Of a DNA stretch of 50,725 nt, positions 26,402-35,147 are shown piece after piece. How positions within the stretch are numbered: the first letter of the stretch is position 1; the number at the start of each line of letters is the position of its first letter. Both the position numbers and the translations under genes were made by a program. This DNA is from an uncultured Actinomycetota bacterium (GTDB lineage: Bacteria > Actinomycetota > Aquicultoria > Subteraquimicrobiales > CAYFXD01): positions 1-50,725 of the forward strand of contig CAYFXD010000144.1 of NCBI GenBank assembly GCA_964347095.1, given 5' to 3'. A model generated the notes under the pieces. It saw only the letters and a program-made list of their open reading frames with translations, searched no databases and was not told where the DNA came from.

Positions 26402-26776
26402 ATGACTGAAGAGAGAAAAAGCAGAAGCATCCATGTGCTGGTAGTAGACGATGAACCTGGCATATTAAGCTTTGTGTCCAAAAGCTTGTCCCTTGCTGGG
26501 TACGAAGTTACTGCCACAGATGATGGGGAAGAGGCATCGGATCTTGTGAAGTCAACAAATCCTGACGTCGTGCTCCTTGACGTACTCATGAGCCCCGTTT
26601 CCGGCTTTGACGTCGCCAAGAGGATCAGGGCAATCTCTGAGGTGCCGATCATTGTCTTCACCGCACGTGCTGATCTGTGGGAGATGGCAAAGGAGGCGGG
26701 GGCAACTACTTCTCTGTCCAAACCCTTCAAGCCGCGCGAACTGATAGCCAAGATCGAGGAAGTGCTCCAAGATTAG
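26402..26776 (+). CDS. single-domain response regulator (receiver only)
   Basis: VLVVDDEPGIL, acceptor PDVVLLDVLMSPVSGFDV, IIVFTAR, SKPFKPRELIAKI. There is no output domain. Confidence 0.85.
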   Translation: MTEERKSRSIHVLVVDDEPGILSFVSKSLSLAGYEVTATDDGEEASDLVKSTNPDVVLLDVLMSPVSGFDVAKRIRAISEVPIIVFTARADLWEMAKEAGATTSLSKPFKPRELIAKIEEVLQD

Positions 26777-26927
26777 CGTTAAGCCCCTGGTTCTCTGCTG
26801 AATGTAAGGGTTGTCATACAGCTAGAGCAAGAGGTTTGTTGCTTGCCCTCACTTCTACTTTTGCCCTCCTTGAACAACAGTGCAAGGGCTGGGGAGGTCT
26901 TCTGGCGCCTGCTAGTTGTGGGATGCG

Positions 26928-27248
26928 TCAACGTTCAGTTATGTCCTCGAAAACTGCGACAAAGTATTCTTTCTGTGGACTACACGCCGAGACAAAATAC
27001 CACCTGAGCAGGGATTCGGCATATTGCTCAAAGCGGATGCTCTCTCCACTCAGTGCGACCTTTCCGTACGTGCCGATCCAATTAGCCGGATCTTCTTCAA
27101 TCCCCGGAAGTATCTCTGTTACCCGCTTTCCCAGGACGTTTGCACGTTTCAGTCCAGTTAGCTGTTCAAAGGTCTCGTTGATTTCGAGAAAAAAAACATA
27201 GTCGATCGGTTGACCATCCTGGTCCAAAACAATCCTATGGTAAGCCAT
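26928..27248 (-). CDS. stand-alone PAS domain protein (possibly a sensor-kinase remnant)
   Basis: AYHRIVLDQDGQPIDYVFFLEINETFEQLTGLKRANVLGKRVTEILPG...WIGTYGKVALSGESIRFEQYAESLLRWYFVSACSP...FVAVFEDITER. No SD upstream of the ATG. The ORF stops right after DITER. Confidence 0.65.
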   Translation of the reverse strand: MAYHRIVLDQDGQPIDYVFFLEINETFEQLTGLKRANVLGKRVTEILPGIEEDPANWIGTYGKVALSGESIRFEQYAESLLRWYFVSACSPQKEYFVAVFEDITER

Positions 27249-27660
27249 GCATGTACAGGCGGCAAGTAAATCGGTCTATCACAGCGGATTTGCTCAAAGA
27301 ACAATAATTTGCAAATGTGATTTTGGCCGGGCTGTCTGTGGCCAGAATTATCTATTATCAACAGCGCAAAACAATGACAATGAGTGTGGAAAAATACTTG
27401 GCCTAGTTTTTGCACGGCATCCCTAGGTATTTCCATGTTAAAAACTGGCAATTCTCCCAGTTTAAAATTGGATGCGACTCGGTAAAATAAGTATTAGATA
27501 GGTCTTCGGGAAAGAATATGCGATAGCGAATGAACAAGGCTAAAGGAGCCAGAACAATCGCAAAACTTTAATGGCAGCTTGACACAAGCGTATTTTAGCG
27601 GGGACGTAAAATTTGGGAAGCAGAGAGTAAAGGGCGTGTCGTCAGCGAAGTGTGCGGATA

Positions 27661-27687
27661 GGGGAGTACAGGGGAGTACAGGGGAGC
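27661..27687 (+). repeat. tandem 10-mer GGGGAGTACA, 2.7 copies
   Basis: The sequence reads ggggagtaca ggggagtaca ggggagc. Confidence 0.9.
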
Positions 27688-27690
27688 CAA

Positions 27691-27734
27691 AAGAGGTCGC
27701 TTTGCGATTAAAATGGGGTGGCCTCTTATTTTTT
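27691..27734 (+). terminator. possible Rho-independent terminator
   Basis: AAGAGGTC ... GGCCTCTT, 8 bp including one G-U pair, with a 21-nt loop, followed by A-TTTTTT. The loop is larger than in typical terminators. Confidence 0.35.
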
Positions 27735-27852
27735 GGGAAAAATCAGGCAATAATGCGGTCAGCAGTTGGTGCAGACGATCTAGAACCGGGAGAGACTTTG
27801 TGGACCATGTCCCCCGTTTGTTATAGACTTGAATGCACAACTATGATTTATT

Positions 27853-28263
27853 ATGCAATTGGAAGGACAGTTGAGGGCGATCTTGAAAGTCAAAAAGATA
27901 CTTGTTGTGGATGATGAGCCGGCCATACTGCGATTTGTGAAATCCAGTTTGACATTGGCAGGTTATGATGTTGTTGCGACGACCAGTGGCGAGGAAGCTC
28001 TACAGTTAACCCGATCCGAAGGTCCCGATATCATCCTATTAGACATATTTATGGCGCCCGTGTCCGGCTTTGACGTTTTGGCCGAGCTGAGGACATTCTC
28101 GAGGATCCCCGTGATCGTTTTTACGGCGCGGAGCCATGTTGCCAAGCAAGCATTTGAACTGGGAGCCAATGGTTTTCTAACCAAACCATTCAAGCTCGAT
28201 GAATTGCAGAGCAAGATCGATGATATCCTCGGCCCGAACGGCCATGAACCATCCATGCGATAG
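27853..28263 (+). CDS. single-domain response regulator (receiver only), paralog of 26402-26776
   Basis: ILVVDDEPAIL, PDIILLDIFMAPVSGFDV, VIVFTAR, TKPFKLDELQSKI. The likely true start is TTG 27883, with GAGGG 5 nt upstream, giving MKVKKILVVDD. Confidence 0.85.
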   Translation: MQLEGQLRAILKVKKILVVDDEPAILRFVKSSLTLAGYDVVATTSGEEALQLTRSEGPDIILLDIFMAPVSGFDVLAELRTFSRIPVIVFTARSHVAKQAFELGANGFLTKPFKLDELQSKIDDILGPNGHEPSMR

Positions 28264-28635
28264 GCAGAATGCACGTCCTGCGTCTGCGCTCGGCAACATT
28301 TCCCCAGCAAGACAACTGCCATACTTATTCGATAGAATCTCTCTTTTCTACCTCCGTTTTCTACATCTATTCGATTCTTCAACCGTGGATTCCCAGAGCG
28401 CGTGCAAATATGACATAGGCTGAAAGGTCCTTTGCGGAAAGGCCAGTTTATGGTATTTCAGATTCGATAGGAATGGTGTCGGAAAAATGATTGCTGCAGA
28501 ACAGTGGCATCTCGGTTACAATTCCAAGAAAGAAGAATCGAAAAACCATATCGCACCTTTGAAGAAACGCGGTCTCACTACGAATTGCTTTCTGAACTGT
28601 CAAAGAGGGATGGAAGCCTGAACGGAGGTACTGAA

Positions 28636-29073
28636 ATGCTGAAAGAATTCAAGGATTTCATCAAGCGAGGAAATGCTGTTGACATGGCTGTGGGTATCAT
28701 CATTGGGGCTGCTTTTGGCAAGATCGTGACGTCTTTGGTGAATGACGTGATTATGCCCCCAATTGGCTTGCTCCTTGGCAAAGTGGATTTTTCCAATCTA
28801 TTCATCAGCTTATCCGGCCAAAGCTATGGATCGCTGGAAGCGGCAAAGCAAGCAGGGGCGCCCACGGTCAATTATGGTGCTTTTTTCAACAATATCATCG
28901 ATTTTCTGATTGTAGCATTCGCCATTTTCTTACTTGTGCGGCAGGTCAACAAATTCATGAAAAAGTCCGAACCGGCAGCGACCAAGGAGTGCGATTACTG
29001 TTTCTCGGCGATCCCGGCAAAAGCCACCCGCTGCCCAAGCTGCACGTCTGAACTAGCAGCTCATGCCTCGTAG
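28636..29073 (+). CDS. mscL: large-conductance mechanosensitive channel with a C-terminal CxxC...CxxC tail
   Basis: [54 protein letters not shown] lies 5 nt upstream of ATG 28636. The tail reads [24 protein letters not shown]. Confidence 0.9.
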   Translation: MLKEFKDFIKRGNAVDMAVGIIIGAAFGKIVTSLVNDVIMPPIGLLLGKVDFSNLFISLSGQSYGSLEAAKQAGAPTVNYGAFFNNIIDFLIVAFAIFLLVRQVNKFMKKSEPAATKECDYCFSAIPAKATRCPSCTSELAAHAS

Positions 29074-29103
29074 CTCGCAGCTCATGGGTCGAATCGCGAA
29101 TCG

Positions 29104-29235
29104 AGGGGCGACAGCCGATAGCAGAGCACCGAGAAAAGAAGACATGTAAATCGTGGTATCTTTCCTGGATGCGTCCATCGCCTTCAACGTACCAAACTCA
29201 GGAATCCGCTCCATGGTTGCCGTATAGGTGGTCAA
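29104..29235 (-). pseudogene. FtsX-type permease fragment
   Basis: MERIPEFGTLKAMDASRKDTTIYMSSFLGALLSAVA resembles the ERTREIG.LKA.GA....I..F..E cytoplasmic loop/TM3 of the intact permeases. There is no N- or C-terminal remainder. Confidence 0.4.
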
Positions 29236-29363
29236 AGGAATTGGCCAATGCGCGCAATACCGCAGTCATTATTGTCACCCGCGACAACCGGATCGAGCAC
29301 ATAGCCAACCGGATCCTGCACTTGGAAGATGGGGTAATGAAAGGCGAAAAGGCTCAGGTATAG
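29232..29363 (+). pseudogene. ABC ATPase C-terminal fragment
   Basis: SKELANARNTAVIIVTRDNRIEHIANRILHLEDGVMKGE matches the H-loop to the end of MacB/LolD-type ATPases, with the H-loop His replaced by Arg. No Walker A or signature region lies upstream. Confidence 0.5.
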
Positions 29364-29548
29364 GTGGTCTGCTTTGCTATCGTATCTTAATACCCTCAGT
29401 TTCTGTGCACCCTGGTGTAGATAGTTCATCTGTACTTGAGAGCAAAAGGTAATTGCACAATTCAACAGCGCTGTGATAATATATTTAGGCAATCTGCCTT
29501 TATTAAACAGTGTGGTTAGGGGTAGAAGATCAACGTTTGATTGCTGTC

Positions 29549-29570
29549 CTGAACTCAACGGTGAGTTCAG
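29549..29570. repeat. perfect 9-bp stem / 4-nt loop hairpin
   Basis: CTGAACTCA-acgg-TGAGTTCAG, inside the ~700-bp stretch without a convincing gene. Confidence 0.85.
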
Positions 29571-30070
29571 ATTTAGTGACATGCGCAATGGTGCGCCGGC
29601 TTCGCCTTAGAGGTCTTGATTGGTCTGCAAGGTTTCTCCTGTCTGCTCTTAGCCTGCTCTTAGGAAATTTCTTCATTCTTTTCCCAAAGGCACATAGCAA
29701 TCAAACATCCAGTGTGCTCAAAAAGCACAAGGAGGGTCAAGGAGAAGAGTTTGAGGCTGCTCAGTCCAGCACCGTGAATAGGCACCGTAATCGGTCTCCT
29801 ATTTGGTTTCTTGTCTTGGACTTTGGTCGCCATTGCCTTGGCAGCTGCAGGTTCTTCGTCCGTTCCTCTTCGCAAGCTGAGTGCGCTCTAAATCACGTCT
29901 ATGAGACCATGCTTTTCCACTAACGAGCCTTTTCCATGACTGCAAAGGTTTGCTCTGGCACGTACGCAGATTAGACCCTGCATTGTGGTGTTCATACCTG
30001 CTTATGCTTCATGGAGACTCGCTGTCCGGCGACTGGCGCGAGTTCATTGAATGATTTGAAAGGAGGCATA

Positions 30071-30559
30071 TTGAAACGAGTGAGTGAGGTACAGTGCGAT
30101 TGCGAAAGAGTGAGGGAAATAGTGGATACATATGACTGCAGCCGTGACAACCTCATCTCAATACTGCAGGACATACAATGCGAATATCAGTACCTACCGG
30201 AAGATGCACTCAGAGTTGTGGCACAGCTGCTGGATCTTTCTTATATCCAAGTCTATGGTGTTGCCACCTTTTTCAAGGCATTTAGCCTTGAGCCAAAAGG
30301 CAAGCATATAGTCAGTGTTTGTCTTGGAACTGCATGTCATGTGCGAAACGCACCTCATGTTCTCGATGAGCTAAGAAGGGAACTTTGCATTGAACCCGGC
30401 GAAACAAGCGAAGATATGCAGTTTTCCCTGGAAACAGTCAATTGTTTAGGCGCGTGTGCATTGGGACCAATCATGGTTATTGATGGCACATATCATGGAG
30501 AAATGAACACCGGAAAGGTAAAAAAGGTTCTCAGAACTATGAGAAGGAATGCAGAATGA
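30071..30559 (+). CDS. NuoE/HydC-like thioredoxin-fold [2Fe-2S] subunit
   Basis: [41 protein letters not shown] and [17 protein letters not shown] (the C-x4-C ... C-x3-C cluster motif). AAAGGAGG lies 5 nt upstream of TTG 30071; the ORF is open from 30011. Confidence 0.85.
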   Translation: MKRVSEVQCDCERVREIVDTYDCSRDNLISILQDIQCEYQYLPEDALRVVAQLLDLSYIQVYGVATFFKAFSLEPKGKHIVSVCLGTACHVRNAPHVLDELRRELCIEPGETSEDMQFSLETVNCLGACALGPIMVIDGTYHGEMNTGKVKKVLRTMRRNAE

Positions 30560-32421
30560 CAAAAAGCATGACGAAACTTGGATCGGCAGCTGAACTCGAA
30601 CAAATGCGGGATCGCATACTATGCAAACCAGAAAAGATCTACATCTCAATCTGTAGCGGTACTGGCTGTCATGCATACGGATCTGATGAAGTTGCCGCGG
30701 CATTTCGTGACGCGATAGCGCGACAAGGGATGAGTAATCGGATCGGATTGAAGGTGACAGGCTGTCACGGTTTTTGCGAGCACGGGCCATTGGTTGTAGT
30801 TCACCCCAAGAGAGTGTTTTACCACAGGGTCACTCCAAACGATCCCGCCGAAATAATCTCAGAGACAATTCTGAACGGAAGGATTATCGAAAGGCTCCTT
30901 TATAGTGATCCTGTGACTCAGCAAAGAACATATTTTGAACACGAAGTTCCCTTTTATAAGAAGCAGCGCAGGCTGATCTTCGGCAATAATGGGCTAATCG
31001 ATCCTCATAGAATTGAGGACTATATTGCAATTGGCGGCTACTCAGCACTGAACAAAGCACTTTTTGAGATGGACGCTATGCAGATTATTGAAGAGATTAA
31101 GCGATCCGGCTTGCGGGGACGCGGTGGAGGCGGTTTTCCCACAGGTAGAAAGTGGGAGTCGTGCCGCAATGCTCCCACCTTTGACGGGACTCGTTATGTA
31201 ATCTGCAACGCTGATGAAGGTGATCCGGGCGCCTACATGGACAGGAGTCTTCTTGAAGGCAATCCTCATGGTGTAATAGAGGGGATGATCATCGGCGCAC
31301 TCGCAATCGATTCACATTCTGGATACGTCTACGTGAGGCACGAGTACCCACTTGCCGTGCGGAATCTCAACATAGCATTAGAACAGGCCAGAGAATTAGG
31401 TCTTCTGGGCAAAAGTATTCTTGGATCCAGTTTTGATTTCGATATCAAGATTTCGCGGGGCGGAGGTGCCTTCATCTGCGGCGAATCAACTGCACTAATG
31501 GCATCTTTGGAGGGCAAAATAGGCGAACCGCGTCCGAAGCATATTCACACTGTTGAGAGCGGGCTCTATGGCAAGCCGACGAATCTCAATAATGTTGAAA
31601 CCTGGGCCAATGTACCGCTAATAATCGATCGCGGTGCGGAATGGTACTCGCAAATAGGCACGGAGAGAAGCAAAGGCACTAAGATATTCTCTCTGGTGGG
31701 CAAGATAAACAATACAGGACTGGTTGAGGTGCCAATGGGCATCACGCTGAGGGAGATAGTCTACGATATCGGAGGAGGAGTTCCTGACGGCAAGAAGTTC
31801 AAGGCTGTCCAGACAGGTGGCCCGTCGGGAGGTTGTATTCCTGAAAGTCTGCTTGATACTCCCGTCGATTTTGACAGGCTTGTTGAAGTTGGATCGATGA
31901 TGGGCTCAGGCGGGATGATTGTTATGGATGAGACCACTTGCATGGTTGATGTAGCGAAATATTTCGTCAAGTTCTTGACTGAAGAATCCTGCGGCAAATG
32001 CGTTCCTTGCCGCGAAGGACTGGATAGAATGCTTGATATTCTTACGGACATCACGGAGGGAAACGGCAAGGAAGAAGACATCGAACTCCTGGAGGAGATC
32101 GGAGAGATTGTTGGCGAGACTTCCCTCTGCGCTCTGGGTGGCACTGCTCCCAACCCCGTTCTCTCAACTATCAGGTACTTCGGAGAAGAATATGAGGCTC
32201 ATATAAAAGAGAAACGCTGCCCGGCAGGCGTCTGCAAGGCGCTGATCAACTTTGCTATTGACCAGGAAAAATGCGATGGGTGCGTACTGTGTGCAAAAGT
32301 CTGTCCACAAGAAGCTATTTCAGGTGAGAAGAAAGAACCCCATAAGATCGATCAGGAAAAGTGCATAAAGTGTGGGCTCTGCCGTGATAATTGCAGATTT
32401 GAGGCGATAATAGTTGCATGA
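30556..32421 (+). CDS. NuoF/HydB-like NADH- and FMN-binding subunit with an N-terminal [2Fe-2S] domain and a C-terminal 2x[4Fe-4S] ferredoxin domain
   Basis: N-terminus [12 protein letters not shown]...[28 protein letters not shown] (FMN/NADH site). [12 protein letters not shown] (N3-type cluster). C-terminus [12 protein letters not shown] and [15 protein letters not shown] overlap with the upstream gene. Confidence 0.9.
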   Translation: MTKSMTKLGSAAELEQMRDRILCKPEKIYISICSGTGCHAYGSDEVAAAFRDAIARQGMSNRIGLKVTGCHGFCEHGPLVVVHPKRVFYHRVTPNDPAEIISETILNGRIIERLLYSDPVTQQRTYFEHEVPFYKKQRRLIFGNNGLIDPHRIEDYIAIGGYSALNKALFEMDAMQIIEEIKRSGLRGRGGGGFPTGRKWESCRNAPTFDGTRYVICNADEGDPGAYMDRSLLEGNPHGVIEGMIIGALAIDSHSGYVYVRHEYPLAVRNLNIALEQARELGLLGKSILGSSFDFDIKISRGGGAFICGESTALMASLEGKIGEPRPKHIHTVESGLYGKPTNLNNVETWANVPLIIDRGAEWYSQIGTERSKGTKIFSLVGKINNTGLVEVPMGITLREIVYDIGGGVPDGKKFKAVQTGGPSGGCIPESLLDTPVDFDRLVEVGSMMGSGGMIVMDETTCMVDVAKYFVKFLTEESCGKCVPCREGLDRMLDILTDITEGNGKEEDIELLEEIGEIVGETSLCALGGTAPNPVLSTIRYFGEEYEAHIKEKRCPAGVCKALINFAIDQEKCDGCVLCAKVCPQEAISGEKKEPHKIDQEKCIKCGLCRDNCRFEAIIVA

Positions 32422-32434
32422 AGAAGGAGAATGT

Positions 32435-33100
32435 ATGGTTGAGTTAACTATAGACGGGATAAGAACGAGTGTGTTGCCAGGAACCAGTGTTCTTGAAGCA
32501 GCTAATGAAATGGGTATTACTATCCCAACTCTCTGCTATGACCCCGGTTTAAGCTCCTTTGGCGGATGTCGTGTTTGTGTGGTTGAGGTGGTTAAAGGCA
32601 ACCGCTCATCACTTGAAGCCTCTTGTACTCTGCCGGTTACTCAGGGGCAGGTGATCCTCACGAATTCGAAGAGAGCCACAAAGGCGCGCAAGGTTATCGT
32701 CGAGCTCTTGCTTGCTTCCTGCCCGAGTTCCAAGACGCTTCAGGATTTGGCGGCGAATTTCGGAATTAACAAGATTCGCTTCAAGGTAAAAGACAGGGGC
32801 TGTATTCTATGTGGCCTATGCGTGCGCTACTGCAAAGAGCAGATGAAATCAGGAGGTATCGGATTTGTTGACCGTGGCACATCGCGGAGGGTGGCAACTG
32901 CTTTTGGTGCTACTCCGGAAGAGTGCCGGAATTGTGGTGGCTGTGAGTGGGTATGTCCGGTATGTGAACGGGCGTGCACAGCGGGCGACCTCATTGATGG
33001 TCTTTGTGGAGGATGTCAGAATCTGATACCTGTCGAAACGTGCTCAGTATGCATAAGATGCTCTGAGAGTGTTGGTGCCAAAGGCCATAAGACTTATTAG
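32435..33100 (+). CDS. NuoG/HydA N-terminal-like ferredoxin ([2Fe-2S] plus [4Fe-4S] motifs) lacking any catalytic domain
   Basis: MVELTIDGIRTSVLPGTSVLEAANEMGITIPTLCYDPGLSSFGGCRVCVVEV (plant-type 2Fe-2S start of NuoG/HydA), CILCGLCVRYC, CRNCGGCEWVCPVC, and a Cys-rich tail. It is only 221 aa. GAAGGAG lies 5 nt upstream of ATG 32435. Confidence 0.8.
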   Translation: MVELTIDGIRTSVLPGTSVLEAANEMGITIPTLCYDPGLSSFGGCRVCVVEVVKGNRSSLEASCTLPVTQGQVILTNSKRATKARKVIVELLLASCPSSKTLQDLAANFGINKIRFKVKDRGCILCGLCVRYCKEQMKSGGIGFVDRGTSRRVATAFGATPEECRNCGGCEWVCPVCERACTAGDLIDGLCGGCQNLIPVETCSVCIRCSESVGAKGHKTY

Positions 33101-33158
33101 GGTCTAAAGTCAAAAGGTACTTTTGAAATATAGGAACGCGAACAAGAGGAGGTAGAAG

Positions 33159-34736
33159 ATGACCCTCACAAGGTATAATGCATCAGCGGCAGTATTAACC
33201 AAGAACAGAACGGGCGGCGATTGGTGCCCTATAAGCGGGATGTGTGTCACCTGCGTGGAAGGGTGCATTGGTATGTGTGACATCGGAAAGAGCGCATACC
33301 GGGGCTCAGAAGTTATCTATCCGCAACCTTTCGGCATTATAACCACTGCGTCACAGAAGGATTATCCTGTCGACCTATCACACTTCAATATCATGGGAAC
33401 AACAGTGGGAGCTGTCGGTGTTGCAGAGGATTCTGACAAATGTATCTTTCCAAATGTCAATCTGGAGACGAAGCTTGGCAGCAATGAGGGTATTAAATTG
33501 CGTTTACCCATTGTTATCCCAGGGCTGGGTTCTACAAATATTGCCAAACAGAACTGGGAAGGATTAGCGATAGGTGCAGCTCTAACTGGCACTGTGCTCA
33601 CAATCGGTGAGAATGTGTGTGGAATGGATGTTGAATCACGCATAGTCAAGGGACGAGTAGTTAGTTCACCTGAGCTCGAAAGACGGATTAGACTTTTTAA
33701 CGATTGGCAAAGTGACGGATACGGTGCAATTGTCTTGCAGGCCAATGTCGAGGACACCAAGCTGAATGTGCAGGAGTATGCGATCGAGAAACTCGGAGTT
33801 GAGGCGGTTGAACTAAAATGGGGACAGGGGGCAAAGGATATTGGTGGCGAGGTCAAGATCAAGAATCTCGAGAAGGCGCAACTGCTCAGAAAACGGGGTT
33901 ATGTTGTGCTTCCTGACCCGCTGGATCCGGAGATAGTAGAGGAATTCAACAAAGGCGTCTTTACGGAGTTTGAAAGGCACTCACGAGTTGGCATGGTAAC
34001 TGAGGAAAGTTTTATGGAGCGTGTCGAAGAATTAAGAAAAGCAGGGGCCAAATACATAACACTAAAGACGGGCGCCTACAGACCCGCAGATCTGGCGCGT
34101 GCGGTCAAGTATGCTTCGATTGCCAAAGTAGATTATCTAACTGTTGATGGAGCAGGAGGAGGCACAGGCATGAGTCCTTGGCGTATGATGAATGAATGGG
34201 GCGTGCCCGGCATTGAACTCTGGTCGTTGCTCTATCAGTATTGCGAGCGCTTGGCTAAAAGAGGTAAATATGTCCCCCATATTGTACTTGCCGGTGGATT
34301 TGCCCTGGAGGACCAGGTATTCAAAGGGCTTGCACTATGTGCACCCTACACAAAGGCAATTGGCATGGCACGAGCACCACTTGCAGCGGTTATGGTTGGC
34401 AAGACTATTGGCGAAGGCATAAGTAGCGGAGAGCTTCCCATATACCTGCAGCGTTTTGGTACGACAAGGGAAGCCATTTTTGTTACGGCGGAAGCGCTAA
34501 AACGCAAATATGGCAAGGACTATGAGAAAATACCAACCTCTGCCATAGCGCTCTATACGTACTACGAGCGGCTTGCTCAGGGTATGCGGCAGCTAATGTG
34601 TGGTGCCCGCAAGTTTGCCCTTGAACATATTAGTCGTGATGATATTGCTGCACTAACTCCGGAAGTGTCGAGAGTTAGCGATATACCGCTGGTTTCAGAT
34701 CTTGATGCAGAAGAGGTTGAGAATATCTTGGGATAA
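33159..34736 (+). CDS. stand-alone FMN-binding glutamate-synthase-domain (GltB central domain) family protein, paralog 1
   Basis: LKWGQGAKDIGGEVK, VDGAGGGTGMSPW, VLAGGF...VFKGLALCA as in the GltS FMN domain. N-terminal CVTCVEGCIGMC. AGGAGG lies 6 nt upstream of the ATG. Confidence 0.85.
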   Translation: MTLTRYNASAAVLTKNRTGGDWCPISGMCVTCVEGCIGMCDIGKSAYRGSEVIYPQPFGIITTASQKDYPVDLSHFNIMGTTVGAVGVAEDSDKCIFPNVNLETKLGSNEGIKLRLPIVIPGLGSTNIAKQNWEGLAIGAALTGTVLTIGENVCGMDVESRIVKGRVVSSPELERRIRLFNDWQSDGYGAIVLQANVEDTKLNVQEYAIEKLGVEAVELKWGQGAKDIGGEVKIKNLEKAQLLRKRGYVVLPDPLDPEIVEEFNKGVFTEFERHSRVGMVTEESFMERVEELRKAGAKYITLKTGAYRPADLARAVKYASIAKVDYLTVDGAGGGTGMSPWRMMNEWGVPGIELWSLLYQYCERLAKRGKYVPHIVLAGGFALEDQVFKGLALCAPYTKAIGMARAPLAAVMVGKTIGEGISSGELPIYLQRFGTTREAIFVTAEALKRKYGKDYEKIPTSAIALYTYYERLAQGMRQLMCGARKFALEHISRDDIAALTPEVSRVSDIPLVSDLDAEEVENILG

Positions 34737-34831
34737 TGCATACCAAAAGGACTAGCGTAGATTCCCCAAAACTGCCAACTCGGCATTTGTAAAGCTTGCA
34801 GCATATTACTTTACATCAGGTGAGGGGATGC

Positions 34832-34860
34832 TTGACAAGCTCTCATTAGCTTGGTAAATT
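34832..34860 (+). promoter_or_regulatory. candidate sigma70-type promoter
   Basis: TTGACA (34832-34837), a 17-nt spacer, then TAAATT (34855-34860). Confidence 0.35.
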
Positions 34861-35118
34861 CTTTCATATATAATAGATCAGAGACACAACGGTGTGTCAA
34901 AGAACCGACGAGGGCGTCCTTGGAAAGGATGTTCTTTTTTATGACTTCTGGATTATAGATCTGTAAATCAAGGAATATTCGGTTGAGGTGGGACCACATG
35001 GGGCTTTTTGCTGGACAGGGTGCCTCTCGACTGTACCTCTTCAGTTCTTCTCCTTGACTCCCAATTAGGAGTCCTACTACTCGCAGATTTCGAAGAGTGG
35101 AAGACCGCGTCCGAACCA

Positions 35119-35147
35119 TGAACATATATCTGCGAATTTGCTATAAT
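35119..35147 (+). promoter_or_regulatory. candidate extended -10 promoter upstream of GltB-like paralog 2
   Basis: TGAACA, a 17-nt spacer ending in TGc, then TATAAT (35142-35147). It lies about 200 nt upstream of ATG 35350. Confidence 0.45.

Larger units (their letters stand above)
27590..27735 (+). ncRNA. candidate small RNA rich in GGA motifs, ending in a terminator-like hairpin
   Basis: Six GGA/GGGGA motifs within ~90 nt, including two tandem GUACAGGGGAG units. A stem 27691-27698/27720-27727 is followed by ATTTTTT. The 5' end is not defined. Confidence 0.25.

Noticed and set aside
27579-27612. A sigma70 promoter (perfect TTGACA plus TAAAAT) for the candidate sRNA.
   Set aside because: The spacer is 22 nt, outside the 16-19-nt range. 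I kept it only as a remark, not as a feature.
27661-27687. A CRISPR-like or minisatellite array.
   Set aside because: There are only 2.7 copies of a 10-mer with no spacers. It is far too short for a CRISPR array.
29956-29971. A sigma54-type promoter (TGGCAC) upstream of the NuoE-like gene.
   Set aside because: The -24 element TGGCAC is present, but the -12 element is not. The sequence at the required spacing is CAGAT instead of TTGCW.
30071-33100. A fragment of respiratory complex I (nuoE-nuoF-nuoG).
   Set aside because: No nuoA-D or nuoH-N genes flank it. The F-like subunit has the extra N- and C-terminal cluster domains of soluble HydB-type proteins. The G-like protein is only 221 aa.
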